A stretch of 64,000 nt of DNA from Marsupella aquatica (taxonomy: Eukaryota > Plantae > Marchantiophyta). Each line of letters opens with the position of its first letter. Within the stretch, counting starts at the first letter, position 1. The translations under genes and the position numbers were made by a program. The notes under the pieces were generated by a model, which was not told where the DNA came from, made no database searches, and was given only the letters and a program-made list of their open reading frames with translations. Shown piece by piece: positions 36,810-50,237 of this stretch. The stretch lies in assembly GCA_973895155.1 (NCBI GenBank), contig OZ316892.1:29952932-30016931 (forward strand), written 5' to 3'.

Positions 36810-39800
36810 TGCGTGGTCTAGCTGTGATTCAAGGAATTCGGAACTACAACAAATGTATCTTTGATCATCCGGTGATCACTCAACTACATATACGGCATTT
36901 GCTAATGACACTAGTTTGCAGGCTAGCTGCGCTGCCTAGCCTTCGACTTACAAAAAACTGCATGTCTTGCGGACACAGATCCAGATCGATGTAGACTTCT
37001 TGGAAGGAGACAACCTTAGAATAATCAGGTCTCCCAAATTCCATGCGAGACCGGATTCCTATTGACATTTCTACCTTTCTCCTTGTTAATTAGGTGGTGA
37101 CCTGTGGGACTCTGTTACCGGCCTATATGGAACCGGAGGTGAGTTCTTGACCGCCAACGGCCGGAGTACAGCAAGTTGAATTTTCAATGATCAATGTGGG
37201 ATTAACGTGTTCACCAACGAATAAATGCCTGAACTTCTTGGGAGCGCGGCTTAAAAAAATGTTCTTCATCATTTTGTCGGAATTAAAAATGTACTCTACG
37301 TAATTAGCGTCTCTGCAATCGCATCGACCTGCAATTTTCATAATGAGTCCTGTGGTCGCAGTGTCCTGGGATCTATGTATGGGACAGTAGAATTTGGAGC
37401 ACAACATTAAAAATTGATGAAGATGAGCTTGAAAGCATAGTGTCGATCGAAGGCTTTCTTCTTGGACGGATCAAGAAGCGATTGAAGTCTCCAATGCTTT
37501 GGTAACTCCATGCCATCCAGTATTTTCTTCAGTTCGTCAGTATCCTGTTTGCATCAGTAATCACAAAACTTAATGGCTTTTACGATCTCCGGCTCTAGGG
37601 CCGTGAGCTCCACTTTGGACATACATACGAGCATGGTGTCCGATTGAGTGGGGCTTTGATAAGAAATGTGTCAGTTTGGTGTTCGGCGCCATTTCCAGGA
37701 CAGCGCCTGCAATTTTTCAATCGATGAATCACGCTAACATATGATGATCTTTCAGTCCTCAGAATCTGACCATCATGACAGCCACTTGAACCCCATGCCA
37801 GGCAGTCCTCGAATGACTACCGACGTAGTGTGAGTGTACTCGAACGGTGCATCCTATCAGTGAAATTTTGTGGATGAGGCCCAGGCTTTACAGACTTTCC
37901 TAAACCCTACATGCGGATGATCGAGTTGAATGACCAATACGACTGCAAACAGTCATGTAGCCTCGTCGATAGCTTGAGGACAGGAGTTATTCCAAACGAT
38001 CAATGGGCGTAGGTTTTGTTTAATTATGATATAAGGGCAGTCAATTTGCTTGCTAGATATATATATTGTGTGCAGAGCGAAGGATTCATAGTCTGCCTGG
38101 TTCGTTCCCACTGTTGGAGTAGTTTGAATTGCAATGGATGGATAGGGGCCGAGGTCGAGTTATTTTTCTGTAAAGCTTTCTTCTGGTTCTGTGTTCCAGC
38201 GGTAAGGAACAATTTAGACCATAAGCTGCCCCTGGTCCCCTCAGTTCACATCAGTTACGTTTTCTACTTAATATTTGATGTTCGATCACAAAACAGAAAT
38301 GCAGACATTTCGTCAATCACTCCTTAAACGTTAGTCGTTATGTGTTTTGATTAAAAGCTCAGCCTGGACAATCTAACCCTTTTATTGTTGGTTTTGAGTC
38401 ATTACGTACGGTCTGATATGTACATGATGTATACCAGATCATGCCTAAACCTCTGTGTACACTATCATTGTCATTGAATGTGCAGAGGAATTATTGAGTA
38501 TCTTTTATAAACTTGACTCCATTAATCTGCACAAGTTTTGCGGTTTGATACGTCTACTCTGCATTTAAGTGTAAGACAGATGAGCATATCGCAATTAAGC
38601 AAAGAACACTGAGTTCATTGAAGGTCAGATTCAGATTTAAACAAATTTGAACAGTCGATTTAGTTTGTCCTACTGAGGAATTTCAATGTGGATCGAGCAA
38701 GGGCAAAAGCCGTAAAAATAATTCCAATAAATTTGCGTTGATCGTCCATACATATATACATCAAGCCATGGAGGTTTAAGAAGTTTGTAAACGTTATCAA
38801 TCACTAACGATCGATAGTAAGTTCTCTTAGAGTCCTAGACGGAATTGTTTTAAGATGTACTCAGGATTTGACAACACCGACTGAGAGCTGCTACCTGGTA
38901 TTGAAAGGCCCAATGAAATACAACAATTAACACGATCTTTCGTTTCCAGGGATGGAGCTTTTATCAAACTTGGCACGAACCCGTCCGGCCAGCCAAAATT
39001 CCCTTCTTCCTGAATGCATTGATCATACTAAAGTTGCATTATATGTTCAGTTAAAATTACTAGTACGTTCCAACAGTAGAGCAGGGAAACTTTTATAAGT
39101 ATTACAAAGGAATTTTCAATCTCAATCTTAAACGGACATTGAATTCTTTCAACATTTAGCTGGATTCTTGAGAATGTCAAAACAGGTAGCTGTGCTTAAT
39201 TTTCTAAGCTCTTTTGAGAATGCCAACTGGCTCATTCAACCTGCTGATCCCGATGCGATACGTACAATAGTTTATCGACACTTACATGAGGATCACTATC
39301 TACAATCAAAGTGATTGTTTCCTTACCCGTCGTCTTACTCTCTGTTCCGTATTCCATTTCTTACTTTCTCTTCCATTGTTTCTACTATTAAACCATTCCC
39401 AGGTCTAACTATTTTTGCAAGTGAATCTACCACAAAGACGAATGGATGTGTCTGTTTTTTGCCACCACATAACGATTTTGTGTTTGTGATGGCACGTCAC
39501 AGTCATTTTAAGAACTTCTCATGGGTTCCCTAAACAAATGAGTAGTGTCCTTTACTTCTTGTGAAGCCACCTTTCTAGGGCCCAAGTTTAATCTCATAAA
39601 AAGAATGGGCCAGTCTTGTAAGGCCACAAAGCCACGAAGTAGGCTTTTAGACGAAATTTCGCAACTGTGATTTGCTCGTCTTGAATTACTGTGTAATTAC
39701 GTACAACAATCCTAAGTCAGTGCACGTGAAGAGCGATGGATCGAAGATCAGGTCTCTCGATTATTTGTTGGTTCACGTTTTAGCTTTTCCTCCTGTCTTG

Positions 39801-42356
39801 ACACAAGGTGTCACCAATATGATCATCTTTTGGTTCAATTTTTTGGCTTTTTTCTTTTTGTCTCGGGAGAAGTTTTCATTAGCGTAATCAGATTTATACC
39901 GACCCATTTAGCCAGAATCCAATGGCTATCCTTAACTATAGGGAGGTCCAACTGCCAGGAATTAATCTAAAAATATATAGATGCTAAATATTGTTTGCAT
40001 CTTTTCTCAAGGTAGCATTCGCCACCCTAGCTTGAAAAGGTTTACGTTTAGTAAAATTGTAAAATTACACTAGTTAGAAGCTCCATCAGAACAGGATGTA
40101 AGCTCCAGCGCAACAGGAGGGGCCCCCGATGACGGCGGCACAAAAAGGTACGAGTACAGGAGTAGTAGCACTATTCTCGAACACTACTACGGTACACTAC
40201 CTGTTCTCACTTTTTAGCTGCATGGGAAAGAGAGTGCACCTACGAGAAATGTACTCTCGTCGAGTCGTCGGTGACAAGCTTTCAGCGATGGTGATTCTGC
40301 TTGTCAGGTCGATGATTTACCAGAATGATGGAGGGGAGTGATCTACTGTACTCCGGATCGACAAAGCAGGCGTGGATCTGGGAGCAGGGCGACGAGGCCT
40401 GCAGACGTAGCACCTCTGCTTTTTCCTTTGTCGTCAGCACCGCCGCCCGATTGAAACTGCAAGTATGGTGGTGAGATTATGCGATCGGTGATGTGTAGCG
40501 GAAGGTAGGACCATACTGACGTGAGTGACGGCGCCACGGCGCAATGGGGAGGGACTCGGGGAGGATGTTGTTGTAGGTACGGGACAGTGTGGAAAAAAAT
40601 GGCCACACGCATGAATCACCTGGGCTATTATTATTATGATGATTCGGCACGGTGCACCAAAGTCCAGAGACGAGTGGGCACAGAGAGCTTCGACGACGGG
40701 GACTGTGAGGTGGAGCTACCACAGTCCTGTAACCTATCCACTGCGGTTTCTTCTGCGAATATTTATAATCTAGTTTTATTTATTTTTATTAGATGAGTTT
40801 GTCACTGATCGGTATCCTTAGATTTAACCGTAAGTACTAGATTCTGGCTAATGGGGCTGATGGAAGATATAATCTTGCGATTCTTTGCCAGAGTGGCAAA
40901 GAAGTTTCTCGAAGGTAGAATCCAGCAAACAATATGCACTTAAAAAACGTTTGTGTAGCCACCACGGTAATGTAACCTCTGCACTGCAGTGGTCAGGATG
41001 CCTATTTGAACCAATGGCCTATGAGCCTTACCTCTGAGGTCCAGAGTCTCTATTGGTTTGTTCGGGATGAATGTTCCTGGGAAATTCATTTATTATTGTC
41101 CTTTAGGTCCTACCATTTTATGCTGCCCCTTAATGCGCACTGCCCGTCCTGCACATAAGGTGAAGACACTAGTGACATGAAGCGAAGCAAGTGACATTTG
41201 GAGGTCAAGTTTCAAAGTTGACCAGATTTAGCACAACCTGATCCAGATGGGGTCACCAAAGCCCTTTACACACAAATCCTTAACACTTAGGAGGCTAGGG
41301 CTTAATTTCTTATCCTCTAAATGGGAACGGCAGCATTTACAAGTGGGACCCAAGGGATTATAAAAAAACTAAGGGGTTATCAAGAATGACTTTTCCAGGA
41401 ACTTTCTACCTAAATGTTCATTTGGCAGCATGGATGAATGAATGAACCCAGCGAAAATCCCTAGAATGCACATGCATTAACTGATGAGTTGTATGAGTTT
41501 TGACCTCAACTCTGTGGACTCCCCAACTTATGGACCTGCAATTTCATATTGCATAACTTTTGGCCATCAGCTATGGCCATAAAGCGAATGCTGTAAACCA
41601 GGCTTTGCAAGCTAGACAAATATATAAACACAAATAGGCTGAACACTATGGTTTGTGATATTCTGTTTTGGAAATACAATGTACAATACAATACTTGATA
41701 AAATGTGGTGTATAGAATGTTCCAAGAATATGCTCTGGGAATATATTCTGAGAGTACATTCTGGGCCCATTTTGGGCCCCCATCACAACAACTGACTAAA
41801 TCTCATTTGACTGTCAACAAAGTTATGATCAAGAGCTATGGCCAAAGGCTATATTGATCATACCAATTGAGGATGTCAATTGCAGTCACCCTGCTATTTT
41901 TTGTAACACTAAGTGTACAAATAGACTCACTCAAAGGCAAAATCACAAGTGCAATACCCTTGTAAGTGTCAATGCACTCTTATCCAAACAGCAAAAACAC
42001 AATAGAGTGCATTTACTGATAAGTGCATAGGGTTTGGGCATCGACTAAAATCAGCATTGCAATTAGAGATAACAGGCAGGGGTTTAGGGGTGAAGTTGCA
42101 TATACCAGGAGGGTACTAATCCATTCTAGATTCAGTTCAATTGGTTGCATTGACTGTTATTGCCCAAGTTTATCAAATGTACTAGTGCCACATTTGGTAA
42201 CAAGTGTGCCAGTCGTTCTCTTTCTCAGATTGTGGATCCTTGTTTTGTAGAGGGAAGGAAGCAGATGTAAAGAGAAGAGAAAATATATACATTCAAAAAC
42301 AGAAGTTTGCAGAGATATCCTGGAACATCTCTGCTGCCCTTCCCAAATTGCCGTGG

Positions 42357-42464
42357 GGCACTATGCAGAAAACAACTTGTCCATCTGCATTCCACACAGG
42401 TTGAGCTTATGGCACTATGCAGAAAACAACCTGTCCATCTGCGTTCCACACAGGTTGAGCTTAT
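42357..42464. repeat. 54-bp tandem duplication
   Basis: ggcactatgcagaaaacaac.tgtccatctgc.ttccacacaggttgagcttat at 42357 and 42411. Confidence 0.9.
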
Positions 42465-42694
42465 GCACAATATTTCCCATAATTGTCATACAAGAATATT
42501 GTAACCTTTCTGTAATATTTTTGAAAGCGACAATTTCATTTCATGTGGGCCTTCAGGGGCACTGAATATGTGATGTCACCCTGTTTCACGGCCATTGAGG
42601 GCTATCAGGCCCCCAAAACGAAGGCTTTAGCTCAAGTTTGGAGGGACTCTATTTCCCATTTTTCCCTAGTATCAGGGAGCTAGTACAATTGAAT

Positions 42695-42870
42695 AAAGAT
42701 TTTTCACTCCTACTATTTTAAGTTTACCTCCTCTTTTCTTCACACTTCAGTTAATACACTTTGACGGTAAAAAGATTTTCACTCCCACCACTTCTTATAT
42801 CATGTGCTCCTTTCCTCACGCTTGTGCTATTGAACCTTAACCCTAAAAGATTTTTCACCCCCGCTATTTG
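42695..42870. repeat. Degenerate ~75-bp repeat x3
   Basis: aaagatttt(t)cac.cc recurs at ~42695, 42771 and 42846. Confidence 0.5.
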
Positions 42871-43838
42871 TCATTCCTTTTTCTCCTAGAGGACAAACCC
42901 AGATTTCATGCAACTTTAGCTTTTTATAATTTTATTGAAGGCACTCTAGAATCATTCTTCCATTGGATATGGAGAGCCTCTAGTACAATTTGTGTTGCTG
43001 CTGTTATCCGATCCAGGGTAGCGTGTCGTCCAGCTGTCTAACCACAGTAGGCGGGGAAACATAGGAATAGCCACGAGCTACTGTACGAACTGTAGTTAGG
43101 GGGTGTCTGTCTGCTTGTGAAACACAAGCTCACCGGGGCCCGGGCCCATTCCGAAGCGAACAATTGACAAGTACGCCCACGTAACCGAACCAAGTGGGCC
43201 GACGCCATTGGCTTAAAAAGTTTCGGCGCATGCAGTGAATGGATTGTAGCGGCAGAAAAGGAACAGAAGACGAACGAGGAACCGAGCGGCAACCTTTTTC
43301 GGTACTCTCTGCCCGCTGTCAGTGGAGAAAGAAAACTACCACACTTTTTTCTTTCTGCCCGATTCTCCTCCCGCGGGCAGGATGTGGGGTGCCCGACGAC
43401 GGCGTCAGCTAGGCGCAAGAGCGAATCTTATCCACTTCTAGCGGGCACAAGACGAGTGTTGCAGAGGTCAAAGTCTCGAAAAGGTAATAAAAGAAGATTT
43501 GAAGAACCGATCGAGACCCCAAAAAAAGTTGGAAAAGTACGGTAAAGTGCTCGTCGCCATGCTCTTTCCTGACCAGACGTCGCATCGAACTCCCGACACG
43601 TGGAGGATCTTCGCGCCACGCTGCCTCAGGGGGTCGTCGGTGTCAATCCCTGCGTTGAGTAATTGATGCGTTCCCTGCCGCAAATTATAATAAGAAGATT
43701 AGGTTTCTTACACCCTACTCCTTTGATTCTCCTTTGGGCTGCACCTAGTCTACTGTACTTCGCGATCTGATCGCTAATAGTTTTAACGTGGTTGGGTGCT
43801 GTCCCGATCCAACGGCTGAACGGAGCAGTTCATTATTA

Positions 43839-45602
43839 GGACTCACATAAAGACCAATGGGGCTTTTGAGAGGTGTGGATTTTGGAGAGGTCTGAAAGGA
43901 GGTCTTTGATAGGGAGCGGAGCAATTTTTGGTGCCCACTGTCAAGAGGGGGTGAGGATTTTCAACGAGAGGGGCTGGGTTCATTTTTGGGATGGGCACCG
44001 AGGGGCTCCATACTAGAAAAGGGCATAGATCTGGAATGGAGTCAGAGGCAAAAATACTGGTTATTAAAACTATGATGTGTGTTTATTCTAACAAAGTGGG
44101 ATTCTTATGTGTTGAAGTGCAAACTAAAAAAATTGTCTATACTTTTGGGTCGTGTACTCAAGCAATCACGTACTGCAATTAAAGAAAAGTCAACTCTAGT
44201 CGGTTATGCCTCTATATCATGGACACCATGATAATCTGGTATATGGAAGGAAACAAAGGGGAATGGATCAAAGTTAGCTCTGCATGCTAGGTTCATTCCC
44301 TCCAATCTACATGGCATGATGTTATGATTAGAAAGCTTTTGTCAAAGCGGTAGAAGATGGAGCATTACTGGATTGCACCATTGCTTGCTACAACACGACA
44401 GTTCCTGCCTATATGTAGACATGTTGGGTGACGTTCAATAATGGCAACGATATTAAAGACGATTTTAAAGCTGGGAGGAGCACATTGAAGCCGTGGCTGT
44501 TGGCACTTTCCTAATAGAGAAACTAGCTGAGATGCATTACTAGTTAATATTTTGTGGAGAGAAGCTAGATAACTGCTGACAGTATATAGAGTGACTATTC
44601 TTGTAACAGGAATAGCAACTATATTCTTATTGCAAAAAGGAATCTATTTTCTCCACGCAACCTGTTTCTCCTCTACATCTAAAGAACGGTTAGTCAGGCT
44701 GGTGATGAAAATCATTGGGAGAATTCATTGCCCAGTGATTTCTTTGGAACAACTTCGACATTGACAGTTGAGACTTCTGGTATAGTGTTTATTCTGTCGT
44801 TGGATAATTCCTCAAAAGAAATCCACAAAAAAATTGGGTCAGCAAATAGCGGGTCAGGTGGATAGGTGCAATGGGGGCCCCGCAAAGTCATTCTTGTAGG
44901 TAAGGATGGAAGGAATGAAAGTAGCAATGATCAATTGTACCTTATTTCCTGTTCTATGATTAGGCTTCAGGAAACTGGATCTGAAGTAGGAAGAAACTAC
45001 AGTAGCAATTGAGTGGGATTGGCAGGTGATCTCTGTTTGGTTGGACTGTAGCATTGTTTATTTTGAAGTTAATTGTATGGTACAATCATCTATCTTCATG
45101 ATTTCGGGTCACTTGTCAGACATTTACACTGCAACTGTAGTATTGACACCTAACGTAAACTGAAGTCAATAAGTGAATCAATGTGTGTCACGCACAGTCC
45201 CAATACAAGCTGATTTGTTTGGTCCAAATGTCACTACAAGGTTCTGTTAGTTCTTTGTTGAAAACTAGATTGCAGATGGCATGAATGGTACAATTTGGTC
45301 CTTCCCTTATCCAATTGTTAATAATTTGCCCATAGTCATCTAGCAACTTCCTTAATTTGTCCCTCATTTCCTCATCCAGTCATTATTTATTGATTTTCCT
45401 GCAATCATCTAACCGTTTGGTGGGTTCTCTTAGTTATAGATAGCTATATATTATTACCTTATGTTTGGACATACATACAAGCTCTTGAGATAAGATACAG
45501 GTTAAGACATGATATCTTTACACAAAAGATTAAATCTTTAGCTACAACCTGTTGTAGACTTTGCTTGAAGCTCAATAGCCCCATTGGTCTTTATGTGACT
45601 CT
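43839..45602. mobile_element. ~1.76-kb non-autonomous DNA transposon with ~32-bp TIRs and TA (or TWA) flanks
   Basis: actcacataaagaccaatggggcttttgag (43841-43870) vs reverse complement of 45571-45600 agtcacataaagaccaatggggctattgag, 28/30 identical. TA at 43837-38 and 45603-04. Confidence 0.65.
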
Positions 45603-48600
45603 TAATATTAGCCACTATTCTCAATTCAAATATGAATCTCAATCCCCTAGGTAGAGCCCACTAAATCTGTATAGTTAATCTTCAATCAGTCTCAAAGTGT
45701 TCAAATCATAGACAAATTCCCTGGTTGATATTCTAGTTGTTCCTTTCTGCCGAGGGACTTGGTAGGATCGCAAATTTACCATTTGTCACTGATGATGATA
45801 TGCTCTCTTACCATAACTTATTGTCTACTTTGGCAATATTACTTAACCTTAGATATGAAATGATGAAATGTAATATAATACAGTGCCGTGAATAAAAAAA
45901 ATGAATCTCCATCATATCATCCAGATGAGGAAAGAAATTCAGTAAGGAGATGTAATGTCACTAAAGTATCAAGGGACATCTGTCTACCTGTACGCCTGAG
46001 TATGACTAAGCTTTGTTTCATTTTGGACAATTCGTATTTCCAGTACAGAAAGACGTGGACTAAGTTTTTCAAGCCTATCACGTTTCAGCCCAACTACAGT
46101 TGCTGTCAATTGTTGTATCACACAATAGCATAGAATGCAGCTCTGCTGACAGTATTAGGTGTCATCGTCACTATACGTAGTAAATTGTTTGGTTTGCATG
46201 AGAATCAAATAGCCAGGTGCCAACAAAATGTGTTCTATCCAAGGAAAACAAAATGGAAAGACCAGCGGATCACTCCAAGCTGACGAGGTGTACAATTGTC
46301 AGCAATTATCCAAAAGCTAAACTTCTGTGTAGATAGGCTAGAGGAGGACATTAAGAGGTAGGTAAAAAATCGCCTGCAAATTCAACTGGACGAGAAACAC
46401 TTGTTTGGAGGATACCTTCTCATTTTACTTGTTAGCCAGCGTGACCTTGTGCAAACTAGAGGAGGCTAAGATTCCCTACCTTTTTTCCTAGATGAATTTG
46501 TGACCCGTAGATTTCCCTAGGTTTAAGGATAATGACAAACAAGGTCTGTGGCTAAGAGGGAAACTGAATCCATGACAAAAACCATGGACAATTCTCAGGG
46601 AGGCGGAATTTGGCCACTGAAAAAACGCTGGACCGAAACTGCATGGTTAAAATGAAAACAGAAACAAATGGACACTAAGCAACCGCGCTCAAGTTTCAAT
46701 GCAAGGTCCAATTGGCCAAGAGCACCGAGGCTTTCCGGGAGCCCATTTGACTCGAGCCTTGTATAAGAGGCTTCTCACTACTTTAGCAAAGGAAAACTAA
46801 AAGTGCTGACCCCTTGTCCTCCATGGTCCCCACTGTCCCAAGTCCTCATGCCACGAAATGTGGCTTTTTGTTTGAAGTACGGTAGATCTGAAATAATCTG
46901 AAATGGGTAACAAAATGTCAACAGATCTTTGGTTCAGACTTTACTATGTAAAAATTAGAAAACATAAAACTGACTGGAAAGAAATCAGTGGCACATAGAA
47001 TGTTTCTCTCACTCTTGCTATTGTACTCTACTTGAGTGAAAACGGTAGAACTCAGCACTAAACTAGGTTCAGGAGGTTAAAGACGTTTTTGTGTGGGGTT
47101 GGGAGGTTTAAGAGGGTTTGCAAGATTGGACAAAATAGTAGATAGAGTAACTAGAGAGGTTTTGTTAGTTTGCATACATTGGGTCACTTCAAAAGCTTGC
47201 CCGATCTTGTAATAATCTGTATCATTTGGCAAGAATCCCATCAGTTTAAGAACGGTATCAACAACCTTGCTGATGAGTGTTGAACCAGTGGGATATCATG
47301 TTAGCATGAGCATGGAAGCTTAAATTCTGGGGGGATAATTTTGGATCATACATTTGAAAATCAATGCACAAATCTGCAAAGGTAGTGGCTGTTTTGTGCA
47401 CATTTTGCAAAAGGTTTTCAAAAAAGAACCTATCTTCAAACTGGCTTAACAGACATGATCGGTGACTCTTTCTGACAAAAAATAGCACGAAATGATGAAA
47501 ACAACACACACACAAAATATATATGAAAAGTTTTTGGGCTAAGTTTTCTGAAACTAGTTCCAACACATGCAAAAGTCATGGACTTTCGGATAACCTTAAA
47601 TGCAGTGTATGATTATAAAAACTACTTGCATTTACAAAAGTACGATGACAATGCATATGATCCTACTGGTGAAAAAAAGTGAAAGAAATCATTCTCACAA
47701 TGCATCATAATGTTTGACCTCATGCTCTCAATTGACCAAACTATTTTAAAGAGATTCACCTAAAATAATTAATGGGAGAAGAAAAAATAAATGCATTTCT
47801 ACAAAGAAATCAAATATCTGGATAATGCACGAACTACAGATAATAATGTACCATCTGTGTGGCAAAAGTCGAACTGATCAGATTTTAACAATGAAACAGA
47901 ATCTCAGTTGCGCTATGGTAATCATTCCCGTGCTTGAGTGAGTAAGTTAGAATCTCACAAACAGCGATCTATCGAAACCGCGATTCCTGTCCGTGACTCG
48001 TCGGCTAGTCCAGTCCCGAGTGACGTGACGGGCGTGTTGACGCAGTTCTGGCGACGGAGTCCTCGCTTGCGGGACCGGTCGCCTACCACACGGCAACCTC
48101 CATTCAGCGGTCCCCATTCACCCTCACTTCCTCACCTTCCTCGTTCCTGTCCTTCTCAGCATTTGACTGAACTGATACAGGAGCAGTCAACCCCAGTGGT
48201 AGGAAAGTCTCCAGCACCGGCTGCGTCGGTCTCAAGGTCGTAATCAGTATACCGTCCGTCAAGATGGTTGTTATAGTCTTCTCTGCCTAAGTGCACACTA
48301 CTCTAAGGACGAAGTCAGGGCCTTGTGCTTTTACATTATGTAGTTGGCAAATTAGAGTTGTAGAGCTTCTATGTCACCTTGAACTCCTGTCAACTATATC
48401 GCAATTGCAACATTAACTCTACTTGCAAATAGTCTGGACTTATTCCACATGTACTTTCATGAGTAAGAGTAAGGACTAAGGACATCATTCTTAATCATGG
48501 ACATAAGGAAATTATTCTCTTGTCAGATTAGTGTATATATCCATGAGTGTACATATACCCTAAACATATACCCTTACATACGGTTTTGCTTTACACAGTC

Positions 48601-50237
48601 ATTTAGTGCAGCATTGCACTTACAAATGTGCCCCAAAAATGGCAAAATGGTCGGAAAGTTTTGGAAGAACCATATACCACTCGCAAGTACCCAAAATTTG
48701 CACTTATGGATTGTGCATTTAGTCTCTAATTAATAATGACAGAAGTAACTCATATAATTAACTGATCCTCTGCATCAAGTCACCCTCACGAATGGTGGGA
48801 TCATACGCGTACGTGTGCAGCCCGGTAGGGGGACTAACGTAACGAAGATCCGGATTCCGGGATATTGCTTTGTCCCTGCCCGGTGGCTGCTGAAGAAGAC
48901 GGCGTCACGGCGCAGGGCACCGCAACGTTCTAGAAGCCCTCCCGGTGAAGGTAGCCGCAGAACCTTCCGGCTCAGCTTCACAATTGGAAGGGCAGAGGCG
49001 AGAGGAGAAAAATGAGGCAAGCAATACAGGAAGCTGAAGAAACGCATGACGTACGACGGACGATTCCCGGCTATCCTACCGTGACCGTCAAACCGTGCGC
49101 TGTAAGGGCGTGAGCTCCTACAGTCGGACAAGAGTAATAAGGTGATTAGGTGACATCTTACACACTACCATAATCGTGATTCGCGCAAAGAATCAATAAT
49201 TAAAATTTGACTCCCAGCGCGGAAATTAATCTCTAAACAAGGGTGAAACTTGAGAAAAATGGGGAATGAATTAAATTCAAGACACCTGTAACTTAAAGAA
49301 TTCAATGAGGCTAAATGCCCCCACAAGTGTGGTTAATTGTCTGGTGAAATAGGGTCCAAACAAATGTTTTATATAAACTGGGAAAACTTGAATAGCCACC
49401 CACTAAAGTAAAAATAACTATTCGCCGTCAGCATAGCAACCCAAGTTTACTACAGTACTTAGGTACGCCAGAAACCGGGCGAGTTAACAGAAGTATAGTG
49501 TAACTTCGTTCAAAGTTGGCATTACTGTCGGTGAGATCTTAACTTACGTTACTTTTACAAGGGAACGAGTACATTATTTGGGGATGATGGACTGTAAAGT
49601 GGTGTCAGCTGAAAAGAGGAATAGTGGTGGACGCGGGACCAGGGAATGTTCTTGTACAAGAACGAAGGAATAAACAATCGTTCTTTTCTCGAGCAGGTGG
49701 ACCTAAAGTCGGCGGGGCCTCTCGTCAGTGCGGGCAGCGACCGGTCCGGTTTGGGAAGGTCAAATTGGGGATTACCTTGAGGGCGAGGGTGAGAGTTGAG
49801 GCTGGAAGCACCCTCGCACCAACCCACCCTCGCCCCGTTGCCTGGTGCCCACACCAGCACCTGGACCTTCAGCTATGGGGAGCCAGACACGGCGGCTTCC
49901 TAGAGGCCGATGCGGTGTCCTCGTGCCTAGCTGCCGCGGTCACTAAAACCAACCTGACCCTTGGTCCGTCGTCCCCCGTGTCGTCGTAGGTAACCTTTTC
50001 AGCAACCGAGAGTCTTTAAAAAGCAGCTTCCCGACTCTCTCCTCGTTTAGTCTGCATTCGCCGGCCATTTCATCGGAGAAACACCTTTCGTCTTCTCGCT
50101 TTGTGTATCTTCGCATTGCCCATCATTTTCTGGAGCGTTGGTGTGCGCATTGCGTCCGAGGTGACACCAGTGAGGGCGGCAAGAAGCGATCTTGTGACAA
50201 TTGCAGGCATTACGCAGTGAGAGTGAAGTGAGAGTGA

